64,000 nt of DNA from Candidatus Omnitrophota bacterium (lineage in GTDB: Bacteria > Omnitrophota > Gorgyraeia > Zapsychrales > JAHFFX01): the NCBI GenBank assembly GCA_023247725.1, contig JAHFFW010000002.1, forward strand, positions 64,160 through 128,159. The letters run 5' to 3'. This document shows positions 1 through 15,000 of this stretch, piece after piece; within the stretch, counting starts at the first letter, position 1; each line of letters begins with the position of its first letter. Below the pieces are notes generated by a model, which had not been told where the DNA came from, did not search any database, and saw only the letters and a program-made list of their open reading frames with translations. Both the position numbers and the translations under genes were made by a program.

Positions 1-2
1 TG

Positions 3-3000
3 AAACAGGGATCAGCTTCTGAATCTTCTCACCCCCCCGAAGAAGTTGATAAATACGACACCAACGTCAACCCCAATCCCATCACCTTTGGCGATGCCAA
101 TCGTCTGTGGATGTCGGCGCCGCGCCAGGATCGTCCGAAAGGAACCGTCTACGTGGATTTGTTGGGCCGGATTGTCGGCGGGGCGCAGACGACCGTTACC
201 CGGGTCATCGACGGCAAAGGTAAATTCAGACCGCAGCTTGACACCTTAAGCGAACGAGAGTTGGTCATGGGCCAGAGTCAGCAGCTCAAACGCAATCTTT
301 TGCAATACAAATTGAAACTTGCAGAAGTGGCCGCTATTGTGGGCGTTAGCAAGCCGGACCAAGCAACGCTCAATGGATTAGCCCAAACGGCAGTAGAGAC
401 CGCCACCCAAGTGGACAAAGATGGCCTGGCCGGCTATCTTGCCGGCGAACATGAGAATAATAATCCCCAGACTTATCGGGAAGAAGGCGAAAGTGCTTTG
501 ACGGATTCGGTGGTTGATTGGCTGGATAAGGTCAAAGGCGTAGGAGACCAGTCCGTCGACGATCACCTGAGCAAAGTCTTCACCCTGGCGAGTGCGGTCG
601 CGGGTTTGAATGAAACAAATCCCGCCGCTGCCTCCGGCCCGCAGAAAAAAGCGGAACCCTCTCCCGCCGACGCTTTTCTCAAAACGCTGCAAAATAATCC
701 CGCAGCCAAGGCAGATTTAATAAAGGCTTTAACCCAACAACTGGATAAAGAAGCCGAGGCCCTCGCCTTTGCCGTCAATGAAGCGCTTCTGGGCGACAAA
801 GTCAAGGGCAAGGGCCCGGACGGTCAAAAGATTGACCGGGCGATTTTATCGGAAGTGGCCTTCAACTATAAAGGGGATTATCTCTGGACGCCGGGCGGCG
901 ATTGGATGTCTTTTGCGAATTTTGGTAATCCGGGCCGCGTTTATGGAAAAGAGGAAGGCAGGCTGCCGGCCTTGCGGCAGACACTTTTTCGAGGAAACCT
1001 TGTGGACGGCAAAGGGGAGCTCCTCAATAAGAATCTCGGAAACCTCGACGAGAATTCCAAGATGATCGGCAGCGAGTTTATCCTCGCCCAGAAAAATTTC
1101 GACAACGCAGTCCAGGTCAACGTTCATCCGTTCTCCGCCAACCTTTATCCTTATAAGGCGACGTATTTTTTCTATCCAGGAATGGGTCAAGAGAGTGATG
1201 AAACGCCTCCAGAGAGAAGTCTCTATTTCAGATTATTCCCGGAACCATTCGGATTCACGACATATGATGCAAGTGCCACTCCCGCGTTGGCCGAACAGGT
1301 CGGGATCGATGTCGTCCAAGAGCGGGCTCGGGCAGCTGCGGATGTAAAACTCAATTATGGAGACAGTGCCGAGGTGTTGCCATCCAATCCCCGGTTAGAC
1401 TTGGATGCGGTCTATGCCAAGGCTGTCAAGACCTATTTGGATCTCCATAAAGACAAAGGGGACGAGAATCCGGAGGAAGCGGCAGCGACCGGCCGGGACG
1501 CGGCCATAATAGCCCTCACCGAGGCAGGTTTCAGTGACATTTATAATGAAGCGAAGAACAATTATCTCGCCGCGGGTGGACAGCAGTTTGAACTCGGTGA
1601 AGTGACCGGATTGAATAATGATGTGGACGAGCAGCAGTCCATCTCCAAGCTTTCGCTGCTGCACGCCATCGGACGATTTTATCTGGCGGGCGAAGATGGG
1701 GTGAGTTTTGGTAACCCTCAATTGGGGGCGATCACCAATACGGCGGGTCTTTTCACTTTGAAGAAAGGGGCGGCGATTATTTATGACATGGCCCGAGATA
1801 AAGATGGGAATCTCGCGAAAGACGAGGATACGGGAAAATTTGTGGGAGAAGTCCCGAAGTTCACCCGTGGCTCCCAGGTCATCCCCGCCTTTCAACAGTT
1901 AGGACTAAAAGAATTTCAGCGCAGTAGGGATCATTCGGAAAGCGGCCTGGCCCTGGTGCTTCAAGGAACCGACACGCTCTGGGAACAGAAGCCTGCGCCG
2001 TCAGTCCAAGATAGGCTTCTGCCGTCGGACGCTCAGCAGGATGACTCTCCCGAGGCCGTCGAAATTGCCAAACAAAAGGTCGGTGCCGAAACACTCGCCG
2101 ACAAAAAAGAAGCGTCCGCCGGGGATAAAGGCCAGTTGGCCGAAGAAGACTTTCTGCAGCCGGTTTTTGCCGAGGGCGCTCCGCATCGAGTGAAAGACCG
2201 CTTTTATAGCGCCCTGGCGCTTCGCGGTCAATCGGGCAGGCTCGAGTTGCTGCCGCCGCGTCAGGATTTTGTCTCCGATGGAACACCCTGGATCGACGGG
2301 CAGTTCGGCGATATCGCGGGCTTTACGCCGGAGTGGAAAGGTTTTGGAGCTACGGGAGAAACACAGAAAGTGGCAGGGTTCCTGCATCCGCAACCGCCCA
2401 AGGAAGACAAGGATAACAAGAACCAGGGGATCGATACGGTTCGGGATGCTGTGGCAGGTTTAAACATATTGACTGGCTACTCTTCTGCGGGAGACGCGAT
2501 TCCTTCCGACGCCGAGCAGGATGAGTCTCCCCAGGCGGTCAAAATCGCTAAGCAAAAAATGATGGGGGCCGCCAAAGCTGGAAGTTTGAATCAATTAACA
2601 CCTGGAGTCGTCGGCGGTTCGCTGCTTGCCTACACCACCAACGTTGTTACAAAAGACGCCGAGTTCAAATTAGGTTTGCAGAAAGAGGACAAAGTACCTT
2701 CCGACGCCGAGCAAGATGCCTCCCCCGAGGCGGCCGAAGTCGCCCTGCAAAAACTCGCCGAGGAAGCCATGGCCGAAGGGCCTCCCGATCATATAACCCG
2801 CCTGGCCAAAGTGGGCCGCCTCGCGGCGGTCGATGTGCCGCAATCGTGGCTGCTTATCCCCGGTGGCGATCTTTTGCCGACGGTGGGAGTGTTCGGAGGC
2901 GGCGTCACAATCACGAGTAAGGCCTGGGAAACCTTTTTTCCGGATAAAATAGCCAAGGCTGAGGCTATTAAAAAGGGATACGTCAAGTATACCAACGATG

Positions 3001-6000
3001 GCAAGATGGTGACCGGCACTTATGGAAATCCTGAGCAGGGACTATATCAAATCGGTTCGAATAACTTTTTTGGAGGCGCGTATCTATGGAACGGCAGCAA
3101 CTATCTTCTCCAGACGGGAACCTGGGTGGGTTTAAGGTCGGCCATGGACGTAAAGAAGGGGGATAAACCCATCCCCATCGGCGAATCTCCCGCCGGAAAA
3201 ACCAACCAGATTACGCGCATGATTATGGAACAAGTCGGTATCATCACAGAGAAGGTCGATGATACCGCGAGCAATATCGCCTGGGTGGCGATTTCGCCGG
3301 AAATCACCACCGAGACCACCCAGACGCGGTATAAACTTTCTCCGGAAGATAAGAAGAAAATTGCGGATTTGAGAAACGAGGACGTTAACGGAGAACTCAG
3401 ACAGCATTTTAATGAGGACGACGGGACCTGGACGATTTCTCTGGTCAGAAAGAAGATCGATTATAACCCCAGTCCTGTTTTGGGGGGAGTGAGGGCAATG
3501 TACAATCCATTCTTTAAGTTCATTGGCAGTTTGTCGTCGATATTGATAAGAGAAGAGACGGTTGATCAGGTGACTATAAAGCCGGAAAAACTTACCGAAA
3601 CCATCATCAATAACATCGACTACATCGCCGCGATGGGCAATCCGGATGGCTCAATTGGCATTGTTACGGAAGGCGATAAGGTCAGGGGTTATGTTGCCCG
3701 GGGTCAGGGAGTTTCGGCCAACGACATCGCCTTCAGCGGCAAGATCGATGGGCAAGTCTGGGATGCGGCCCTATTGGCCGCGGCGCAAAATCGCGCCGGC
3801 GATACGGCTGCCCGGCCAAACGGGCCGGCGCTCGCCAGTGCCACCGCCATTTCGCCGTATTTGATAACGGGAAAAGACGGCCTGCTTTATATGCATGTGA
3901 ATCGCGGTGAATACATGCCCTCCGTCGATCTCTTCGGCCATAATTTCAAGTACGATCAGAAACAAAGGGCGCAGGAATTAAGAGAGGCCTACGGAGGAGA
4001 AACAACGAACCGCAGCCGCCTGGAAGAACTGGTGCCGGAATCTTGGTTCTCCGTGACCAACCGAGGCGGAGCCGATATCGCCCAGTTGGGTGGCAAAAAT
4101 TATTTGAGATTGAATCTTTATGCGCCCTATGCCCCCAGCCTGGGTCTGGAGAGCAAGGTCTGGTTGGAAGACGGCAACTTCGCCAACTACGCTATTAATG
4201 AAGAAGACGTGACCAATGGCGGCACTGGCAACCGGTTTAGGCTGGCCGGACATTTATTGAATTTGAGCGGCAATGACATCGGCTTTGAGGTCAAGCGGGA
4301 TAATAAAACTGGAAATATCATCCCGGATTACTTTGGAAAGATTCCGCAAGAGATTTATTTGTTGGTATATGACTATTCGCTCGAAAATAAAAGCGGAGAT
4401 TTTGGGCGCGCTTATATTGTAGAAATACCCAAGCCCGGAGAAAAACAGTCGCAGCTTCTGCCGGCTGCCTTGAAAGCGTTTCAGATGCGCGGCCTGGCCC
4501 GCGGCATGGCGGATAAAACGGATCAAGCGGGAGAATGGGGCGGCGATTTTGATTACTACAATACGGATATTGTCGGCGGCACCCTGCGCATCTATCACGA
4601 CGACGCAACGGCCGCCAATCTCGGCCACGCCTTCCATGACTTTGCCATTGTGCCTTCCGACGAGAGTTTTTCCATCCTTGTCGGACCAGAAAAGTTGAAG
4701 GGATTTGCCGTGCGCGGTGGGGTCGAGAAGAAAGAAGAAGGGGCCGGAGAATCAGGAACGCTCGATGCCCTCGCCGAAAATCTTCAGGAAGGCCTGACCG
4801 TTTCGAACCTTGAATCCTTCTTAAAAAACAGAATGAATACCAGATTGAGAGGCGTGTTAACTCCGAATATGCAAAAGGAACTTGCGGCGAGGGCGTATGA
4901 CGGCCTGCCCCAGAAGTTATCGACACTACTGAGTCAATTGGAAAGGAACCCAAATAGGGAAATAGCTCCTTTCGAAGCCGCTGAGATTGGGGCCGAGTTG
5001 GCGAGCCGGGGATCCTCCTCCCAGGACAATAAGAAGAATTCCGATCAGTCTAGTGAATCTGCGCGTGAAATAGTTTATGGCACCAAAAATCCAGAACCGA
5101 GAGATCAACGTGAGCTAACCCAACAGTTGGAAAACGCCGATCCCCGGAACCGAGCCAAGAATGAAGCCAATTCCGGTATTCGCATTATAGGCCCGGACGG
5201 AAAAGAGAAAAATTTTACGGTCAGTTTTATGCCGGGACGAAATCGGGATGGGTCGGTTTATTATTCCGAGGATGAGGCGCTCACGGTCAACGGAAAAGGA
5301 CAGTCCTTGCCGTTCGGGTTTGACCCGAACCGGCCGATTGATTGGAATCCTTATGAGTCGTTGCAATACGGTGACGGGAGTCTTTATTTCGATGAAGAGG
5401 GAAAGACTGTTCCCGATTGGAACGCCCCTAATCCCCATTTTGGCGAGTTCCGTTTGACCTCCGCTTTATCGTCTCCCCAAATCAAAAATGTTGGTCTCGA
5501 CAATCTTTCCATATGGGACGTTCAGTTCAAGCTGGGAACAGTGATGGATCCACAATCCCCGCTGGCCTATTATGCTTTCCGCGGCACTTACGGCGGGGTC
5601 ACCTTTGGCGGCGCCGAACCTGACCGAAAAAAGATGGTTTTTGTCAGTACCGGCGAAGATCCGGTCACCCATAAAGCAATAGGAAGTTATATTACCAAGG
5701 ATCAATTTGATGACAACTCAGGGTGGTGGACCAGTCACATTTCTTCTTGGGAAGGTTTTGGGTTTCTGGGGAAAACCACCGTGGACCTTCAGTATGGCGA
5801 TACCGAAAACGGTGAGCTGACCAAAGGGACTTTAAATAAAGCTGGACTGCCTTATAGTCTGAATTCAGCCGGCGAGGATTTTACGCCGCCCAAACCCAAC
5901 AGTACGCCGGATGATCTGGATCTGGTGATTGGTCCCCAGGATAACATTTATATCGTGCCGGATGTCAAAGATGAGAATGGCAAAGAAGTCAACCTCTGGG

Positions 6001-9000
6001 CGTACACGAACGAGCAGCGGAAAAAGAATGGGAATCCGATAAGAATCGACGAGGCATTCAAAAGTAGAGTGGCGAGCCAGAGCGATTCTCAGGTCCAGAT
6101 CAAAATATGGAAAAATCGTAGCAAAGGCGAAACGGAATGGGTTTTCGTTGATCGCGGCAAAATGATGGTCAACCAACATGATAAAAAGAACGCCCAGCCG
6201 GATTCTTTCGGTGGCGCAGAAATACTGGATATTATGGGCGTGGATGCGGCGACCCAGAAGTACATGCGGGAAGAGATTGCGAAGCTGCCCGGGGACAGGA
6301 CGCTTGATTTTTCTATTGATCCATCGGAGGCACGTCATTACCGCTTCAACGCCACCAATCTCGCCGATATTGCTACGTCCGTTTTCACCGGTTCCTCCAC
6401 CGGTAGTAAATATGATACGCTTGTGGGTTACCGGTATATGAACCCCGACAGCATGGAGCGATTGGCCGATTATATGGTGAGTACGGGAGTGTTGCCCTTC
6501 GCCGACCTGGCTGAGCAAGCCCGCAATATGAAAGCAAATCAGCAATGGGAAAGGGCTATAGACAAGGGGTTTATAGTTTGGATCGTGGCGGATGCGGCGA
6601 CCATTCTATTTAAAGGTTTTGGGTGGTCACTGGTAGCTAGAGAGGCGGTCAAGGAGTCTTTAAAAGCAGGACAAAAAGTTGCATCCCGCCGTGCATCCAG
6701 CCTTATTTTTGAAAGAGTCCTGAAAGAAATGGGTGGGAACTATGCCAAACTAACCGCGAGACAGATTATTTCCAGAGCTTTGGCAACAGGCGCCGGTCGA
6801 TTAGCTGCAGAATGGGGATTGAATTCCATGTTATTGATGTCCTATATGGGCCTCACCGGTCAAAAGATGAGCATGGACGGTCTGGTCTACTTGCTCGGTT
6901 GGAGTTTTTTGGGCCGGTACGGGTTCTTTAGCAGCTCGGTTCGTGGAAAAATGTTGAACCCTCTGAAAAAGATGGGTTTAGCTCCGTTGGAACGAAGCGC
7001 CCTTACCAGAACTGGCGCGGTTGCGTCCGAAAGTTTCTTGAGCGGTATCACCAGCTGGAAGACTCGGTCTGTGATGGGCGGTTTTGGCATGGCCGCCTAC
7101 GGGATCGACCAGAAAGTATTAAGCGGGCTGGATGAGCAGAATTCTATCCGGTATTATTTCCGCAAAGGCGCCATTGCGGCAATTGCCATGATATTTTTTG
7201 GCCGCGCCCTTTTTGAGGGCGGCAAGGAGGGCGAGGCGGCCTTTAGCTTCTCTAAGGCGATGATTACTAAATCGTTCAAAGCCTTTGCGCCTTGGGCAAA
7301 CGAGGAAGAGGTCCAAGCAATAAGCAGGCGCCTTATGTACGACTACTTCGACAAGGGCGGCCTGTGGAACTATGGGAAAGGTACAGGATCTTTATTCTTG
7401 ACTCTAGCAAAAGAATCTGCGCTTTTGCCGACGGTGGGATTGGTCTATGGGGGAAAGAAAGCCGTCGACGCGTATGTTGATAAAAAAACTCGGGACCGGA
7501 TCCAGAACGTTTTATTAACCACCGCGACCATGGCCCTGGGCGCCGTAGTGGTGGGAGCAAAGAAAGGCGGAATACGGGAGTTCGCCAAAGCCTTCGGGGT
7601 AGGAAGCCGGGCGTCGGCGTATAACCTTGCCCGTAACATCGCGGTAGGAGCCCTGGCGGTTAAGACCGTGCATGAATTTTGGAAAAAGGGAGAAGACAGC
7701 AAGGCCGAGCTATGGGGAATGTTTTTATTGGCAGCCCTATTTGCCAAGCCATTATTGAACATCTGGAGCATTGAGCACATGGAGCTGGCGGATGACTTGG
7801 TGAAAGACGGGGCCGGGAAACTCGCGAGGCAAATGATAAAACCAACACCAATAGCAGGTGGTATACGCTTGACCGAAACTCAGATTAAGCAAATTGTTAG
7901 TGCCACCAAAACCCTTCGTACCACTGGAAATGTTATCGTTAATCTTGGGACCAAAGCCTTTTGGACGATCGCCGTCAACTCGGCCATGGGTAAGCCCATC
8001 CCCTTCCTCGGCTGGGCGACCCCAGACGACCGGATGACCGGCGTCAAAATGATGGCGGCTATGGTGATACTCCCTGGTATGGCAGAAGGGACCTTCAATG
8101 CCTACCGGTTGGGAGCGGGAAAAGGAATAGGCCTGGGAGGGAGTCGTTTGCTCGGCGCCGGGCTGGCCACCGCCACCGTTGCTTCGTCGGTGGGCCTGGC
8201 CTATGGCGGTTTTTCTATGGCCACCGCCACCGGTCGCAATGAAGATATCCTGGGCTTTGATCAAAAACTATTCGGTTACGGAGTGATGCTTCTTGGTCTT
8301 TCGACTCCGGGTGTCATGACCTCCCTTTATAGAGCCAAAAATATTGCCATGGGTCCTCGCCTTCTCGTCGCCATCTCAAACATTGTCAAGGATGCGGTGC
8401 ATATGGTGCCGCAGTTGATGGCATTTAATATGGTGATTCCCGTTGCTCAGCACCTGGCGGCGATCAAATCCCGGATTGACACTTATGGCGAGCAAGATGG
8501 CATTGATCGAAGTAATCCTCTTTATGGGACCGCGAAACTGGATGAGCAGGGCGATATTGCGCGAACTCCCGAGGCGGGAGGGTGGCGAGTGCTCGGCAAG
8601 ATCTTCGGTTATAACTCTTTTGAAGAATCAAGACAGCGCGAACGCTCCGAATTATTGGCCCAATATCAAGAAAAGGGTGATCAGCGATTATTGGATGCAT
8701 ATAAAGAATTGGGTACTAGTGAAGGTTACTGGATACGGGTTCTTTTCAATTCGGCTTATCAGGGCGCCAAGACGGCCCTGTACTTCGGCCCCTCGATGTA
8801 CGGGATGCGCTTTGTCCTGCATCCGGGGTTAATGACCATTCCGCTCATCGGGGAATCGATGTATTATCTGGGCGATGACGCTATAGGGATGGGAGACAGG
8901 GCGTTTAATTTCCGCAGTATTGAGTCCCTGAATGGCAACAAGTGGTTGCAAGGCTTCGCCAACTTTGCCAACAATTCGCAGAACTTCTTCTTCGAGGAGT

Positions 9001-12000
9001 TCTTCCGCGAGCCGATCATTTCCACGTTTTTCCGGATCGTTCTGGCGCCTTCCGGCTTGGGTCAGCCCCGTTCCGACAGCCCGTATTTCTCCATCTACAA
9101 CGGTTTCATGGAAATCGTTCAGGAGGCCGGCGACAAAACTCCGGAAACCACGTCGTTTGCCAAGGGTTCTATTTATCAAAAAGAGTGGAGCGGCAAAGTG
9201 AAAGACGCCGCCGGCCAGGCCTTAAGACAAGTGTCCTTGGAAGTGATCAAAGAGTTCATCGATAAACAAACACTTGAGGTAATACAAGACGGCAGTGGTT
9301 ATTTTAGTAGACTTGGCTTGGGGAAGTATTCAGATGCAGACGATATTATTGACTCTTTCACGGAGCAGATTAGAAGTATACGGATGGATAAAGATGCCAG
9401 GGATCAATTGCAGGAGGTTTTGGACCTATATTGGGGAGCCGGCGTTGTTGATGTGCACGACTTCTTAAATCAGTTGCAAAAAAATCCGATCTTGATTGCC
9501 CCGGAGGAATTGGCATACATCACGCGGGATGATCTTTTGGATGCGTTGGACCGAACTGATTCATCGCGCCTGAGTTCGAGCAAAAAACAACGTTATAAAG
9601 ACATCCTGCTGGAAGGTATGAATCCCGATGATATCGTTGTTCAACAAGGAACGTTTGTGCAACCCTGGGACGCCGCGGCCGCCGCTGGCCCCGCGATTGG
9701 ATTTGGATTCACTGTCCTGAGTCAGAGAACCTCTGGCGCCCTCAAAGGCGGGAGGCCTCGCGATGCCATTTTCATGTTGGCCAACACCGCCATTCACGAA
9801 GGCGGCGCGGGTTTTTCTTCCTATGGTCTAGGACGTCCCGGGTCATCATTCCCAAATAAACCTGTTTTATTCAAGGGCAGTAAGCTTCCTATGTATTCTC
9901 CAGACGAAGTTAATCACCTTTTGGACGAGCTTGCTGCGGATGAGAGGTTACCCCCCGGACGCAAAAAGGACAAGAGATTTGAGGAAGTCGAGGAGGCTAG
10001 GAATCATAATTTTGCTTTGGTCGGCGGTTTGACCGGGCGGTTTGCTTTGCGTTCGCAATTGCTGGCGCATGTGGAGAAGGCCCGTCGGGAAGGCCGCACG
10101 CAGAGCGTTGGCTTCCGCGGCGGCAATCCGAATCGTCAGGATCGCCATAATGATCCCCATGCCTATGAGATTATCCTGGTGGAAGGAATGGAAGCAGCTG
10201 GTTTAGGTCCGGCGGTCAATGATGGGAACAAGATTTATATCGATCAGGCGGCGTGGAATGGACAGAGCCAAGAAGCGAAAGAAAAGCTGGCGCAGGGCAT
10301 GACTCTGGAAGAAATCCGCAATGGAATCATCCAGCATGAATTCGAAGAAGTCGTGAAAGTCGCCCGCATCGGGCGTAAGTTGGGCAGACAATCCGGTAAA
10401 AAGATGTCGGCCAATCAGGCGGTCGCGCGCGTCAATCAGAGTCGGTACACCAGTTATCGGGCGTTTAAGTTCGGCCACGACAATGCCGCGGCTTCGCCGT
10501 TTGCTTCCACCTCCTCGTCGCCTGAAACCCGCAGCCAGAGTCAGATCGCCAATGATAATGCCAGGCGGGGTTTGGAAGTTCTTGAGCAGCTCGCCAGGGA
10601 AGCCATGGAAGGACCTCAGGCACCGACCACGGCTCAGCCAATGACCGCCGCTGGTTTGATCGAGGGTAAGAAACGAACGCCCTCCTATGCCTGCACCGAC
10701 GGGAATTGTAAGGAAGAAAATCAATTTGCCGCGGCGCCCTTTGCTCAGACGTCCGGTCCCTCCCGGCCGACGCTGCAGTTAGCCACGGTTGCTGCATTGC
10801 CTGACCAGAAGGAGCAGCGTCCGCAAGGATCGACCGACATCAGCAATCAGGGAACCATGACCGGAACTGGTTCGATGATCGTGGAAGATGATGGTTCTAC
10901 TTTCACGTATAAGGGGTTGGAGGGCTCGCTGGCTGTGACCCGAGGCCATTCTTACATGGACCCCACCCACATTAAAGTCGAGAATGCCGGCAGCATCGAG
11001 AGCAATGGTTCAACAAAAATTTATGACAGCAATATTGAAATAAAAAACGAAGGCACGATCAGCACACAGGGGTCAGGCGACATTCATAACGCCAATATTA
11101 AAATTCATGTTAAGCCGGGCGAAACAGTCGTGTTCGGCACAGGTTCGCAAAAGGCGCAAACGACCTTCTCCACCGGGAGTAATGCCTCAGGGAAAGCCCT
11201 GTCACCGGCAGCGACTGCTGTCAATTTCAGTTTACGGCCGAAGACATCGTTACAACGAAATTTCCATCTGGGTGGGGCCACGCCTCGCTTTAGTCCGGGG
11301 GTATCGGGAATGACGATTAAGGGACCGCCCGTATTGCCTCATTTCATCGGCCCACTTTCTTCCAACAACCCTTCCACCTCCTTCTCTAATAATAATACAG
11401 CAAATCCAGCTTCCCCAATTCAGATCGCCAAAGCGCAACCGGCCCAGCTAGCCACACCCAACGCTCAATCTGTGACCTTTACGGTTCCGAGTTCCGGCGC
11501 GATTCAGTTGGCCGGTACGGCAAAAACGCCTTCGACTCCGCTGGCCCTGGCAGCGCTCGCGGCTGTTATCGCCAATGAGCGAAATTCCGGCTCCGCCAGC
11601 CCCGCCGTTGACGGGGCCAACGTCACTGACCATCAACAAAAGATTGCCTTAAGTAGTACCCCCGACCACAATAAACCTGTCCGCCTGTCCTTGAATATGG
11701 GCGAGGGCAGTGTTGTGCTTCCGGCCACGCCGCAAGGGGTAAAATCCGTTGGCCATCCGATGTACGACGTGAGTGGAAGATACGATCATGTTGCTGAAGA
11801 CCAAAGAGGATATCTTGAAGGTCTCCACGGACAATTGGCCGATACGTTTGTAGGAGTGGAGGCAACCGCCAGAAAACTAGGTTTCGATAATTTGCCAACC
11901 ACAGCTCGCGTTGATCCCGACGATTCTTTTGCTGTCTATTATAATGAGCAGAAAGAGATCAAGGTTCAACCAGCCTTTCTCAAAATGGCACAGGCGTCGC

Positions 12001-15000
12001 GGGATGTCGTGATGGCCCATGAATTCGGCCATGCTGCTCGTCAACACAGGCAGCTAATGGAAAAGAATCCATTGGCTAATAAAGAAGAAGCAGAGTTAAC
12101 ACAATCTGAAGTCCATCAGTTGGAAAGAATTGTACAGGGAAATGAACTTCAAGCTGATCAAGATGCCGTAGACATTGCTGTAACAATGCATGGTCCGGAA
12201 GGCGTTGCTGAATCTTTGATGGAGGGGTTGTTTACGGCCCATCAAACTCAGGGCAGTAAAATAGAAGATGTTGTCAGTCAGCCAGCCGGCACAATCAAAG
12301 TGGGTTCTTTTGAATTGGCACCTTATTTCCACATCGTTACTCGAGTGGCTTATGCTTCTCAACGAGCCAATGATGCTGCTGGCAGAAAGTTGTCCCAACG
12401 ACAAAGAGAATCTCTGGCGCTGGCCAGGGAAGCATTGCAGACGACGAATACTCAGATTGAGGCTATTGTACAGAATGGTGGCAGCGTCGAAGGAACAAAT
12501 CTTTTGACCAGACAGCAGAATTTGCAGGCGCGGGTTGACAGTTTGGAAGAATCCCAGAGGCCGAAATTTGATGAACAAAGGACAGCGAACAAAGGATCGG
12601 CTGCGCCGACGGCGCCATCCGTGACCTTTACAGTTCCGGGCTCTGTCGCTATTCAGACGTCCGGCGCGAACGCAACCCATACCACGCAGCTCGCTTTGGC
12701 GGTGCTCGCGGCCGTTTCGTCCGACAAAGACCGCCATGATTCCGCCCAGGTGAATTCGTCCAATAATGCCGCCTCCGGCACCATCGCCGATGAGCGCAAG
12801 GTCGACTCCGCCAGCCCCGCCGTTGACGGGGCCAGCGTCACTGACCATCAACAAAAGATTGCCTTAAGCACGCCGGATCATAATCAAACCACCGGCGCCG
12901 CTCCGGCGAGCGCTTTAGAAAATTTTGATCGAGCCCTGGACCACGTTCTTAAAAACGGTGATCAGGATTTAAATGTACAGCAGCTTGCTTCGTTAACGCG
13001 ATCATTGATCCGTGATAATCCGTCTGGAGATAAATATGTAAGAGAGCAGGCGGCTATGCTGCAAAATCTTTCAGAGGCAAGTGACAACGTTAGGGGTGCC
13101 ATACATGCTCAGTTTCAGCATTTAGAATATTCTCCGGTGGCTATTAATGATGAGCAAAATCAGGCTCTGGCTCGGATGGGACAGCAAATGACGAACGGAA
13201 AGCCCGAGCATATTGCTGTGGCCGCATTTGGACTTAATGCCGGTTTGGGAAGGATAGCGATGCCGTTGGAACAGGAACCGACCGATTCCGATTTTGGTCG
13301 GGATTCGCGGGATTCTCAAACGGTCGATTTTTCCGTAGGTAACTCTAAACGACTGGGGCCATGGAAACGAATTGCCGTCGCGGCGCTGGCGGCGACGATT
13401 GGCTTAACCAATGCGCCGTCTGCTCCTTACAATGCCCCTCAGCAAAATCCGGCAGGAATTTATCAGACGGCGGCTCCGGCGGCTCAAATAGGGGGATTCG
13501 CGGGTATTAATGATGATGTTTATGGGAGCGAGAACGGTAATCACCGATCTTTATCCACACCACAATTAACATCAGAACAACCGCAAGCCAGAAGAAAGCA
13601 GGGATATTCGCCATCTCAATCATCTCCTTTGGGCAGTATTGAAAGCGCTCCGAATAATAATCCAACCAGGCCGACAACAATAAATGCCCAACCCATGGGC
13701 GGAATTTTAGCAAGAAAGTCCCCGACCATAAGGGTAATGCAACCGCCTTTAAATATATCTAGTAGCGCGGCTCCAAATTTTTCACGTCTCGATTTTGAGA
13801 AGAATTTTGCTTCGGATGCCATGACAGTAGGGACTATAGCACAGAGCGCGAGCTCTGTCAACGAGACGAAGGCCGACGCCGCCTCGGCAAAGTCTCAAGA
13901 TAATGCACCCGGAGTCAATACTGCCGACGAGCGCAAGCCCGGTCAATTCTCCCGAAGGTCTTTCTTAAAAGGGGCGATGGGTGCTGCCTTGACACCTCGC
14001 GCGACAGCGCAAAAGTTGATAACCGTTGCTTCTTCCACGAGATTGAATCCAGCGGATTATCAAAAAGTGGCTCAAGCTCTCTATGATACGCCTTATTTGA
14101 CTGGCGGTTTTATGGATGAAGATGGCAATGTATACTTAGAGGCCACAGATTTAAGGGGTGACTACCATTTTTTTTCCCAAAGTCCCTATACCTCGAGCCC
14201 CAACCAGGAGCAAGAAGAAAGAATAATATCATTAATATCATCTGAATTGCAAAAGGATCCGCAGGTTTCGAAATATCTCTCAAAAGCTTTGAAGGACAAA
14301 ACATTATCCGCCACCAGCCATGAGGAATTAAAAAGTTTACTTACGAATATTTTGACAACAAGAGAGTCAGAATTTTTGCCTAAACTTCTACCTAAAATGG
14401 AAAAAATTAGTGTCCAGCTAAAAGAAGTTGCAACGGCAGAGAAATTGGCAGCACAAGTGCTCTGGGAACAGCAAGAAGATCAGATTTGGCGGGCGCGACA
14501 AAATCGGCAAAATCAACAGCCGCAAGAAAAAATCCAAGGGACGACCCACGGTCTTAAGGATGGACTAGAAGACAGCCTCTTCCAGGCCCGGATTGAGTTA
14601 GACGCCACGGAAAAAACAATGGCTCTGATCAGCAGCAACGGTGGGTCGACGAAGGGGACAGATATGCAGACTCGTCGGGACAATTTAGCCGCTTTGGTGG
14701 CGAATTTGGAGAGCCGCTTAAAGCAGGATGGGGGAAATTCCGCCTCCCAAAGCCAAATCGCTTCAGCGCCGCCAACCCAAACTCTCACCCCGGGGGTGAG
14801 AGGCGGTCAAAATAACACCCATTTGATTTTGGCGGCGCTCGCGGCGGCCGTTGCGCCGGACCGCCATGATTCCGCGCAGGTCAATTCGCCCCAAGCCCAA
14901 GCCGTTGTCATCGCCGATGAGCGAAGGGCCGACGCTGCTCAGGTGAATTCGTCTCAAGCCAGTGATACAACAATTGCCGATGATCGGCAGGGTTTGAAGC

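Noticed and set aside
9640-10440. Possible fourth HEXXH peptidase at about 10330 (IQHEFEEVVKV)
   Set aside because: The motif is HEFEE, not HEXXH. The second His is absent and I could see no compensating ligand pattern.
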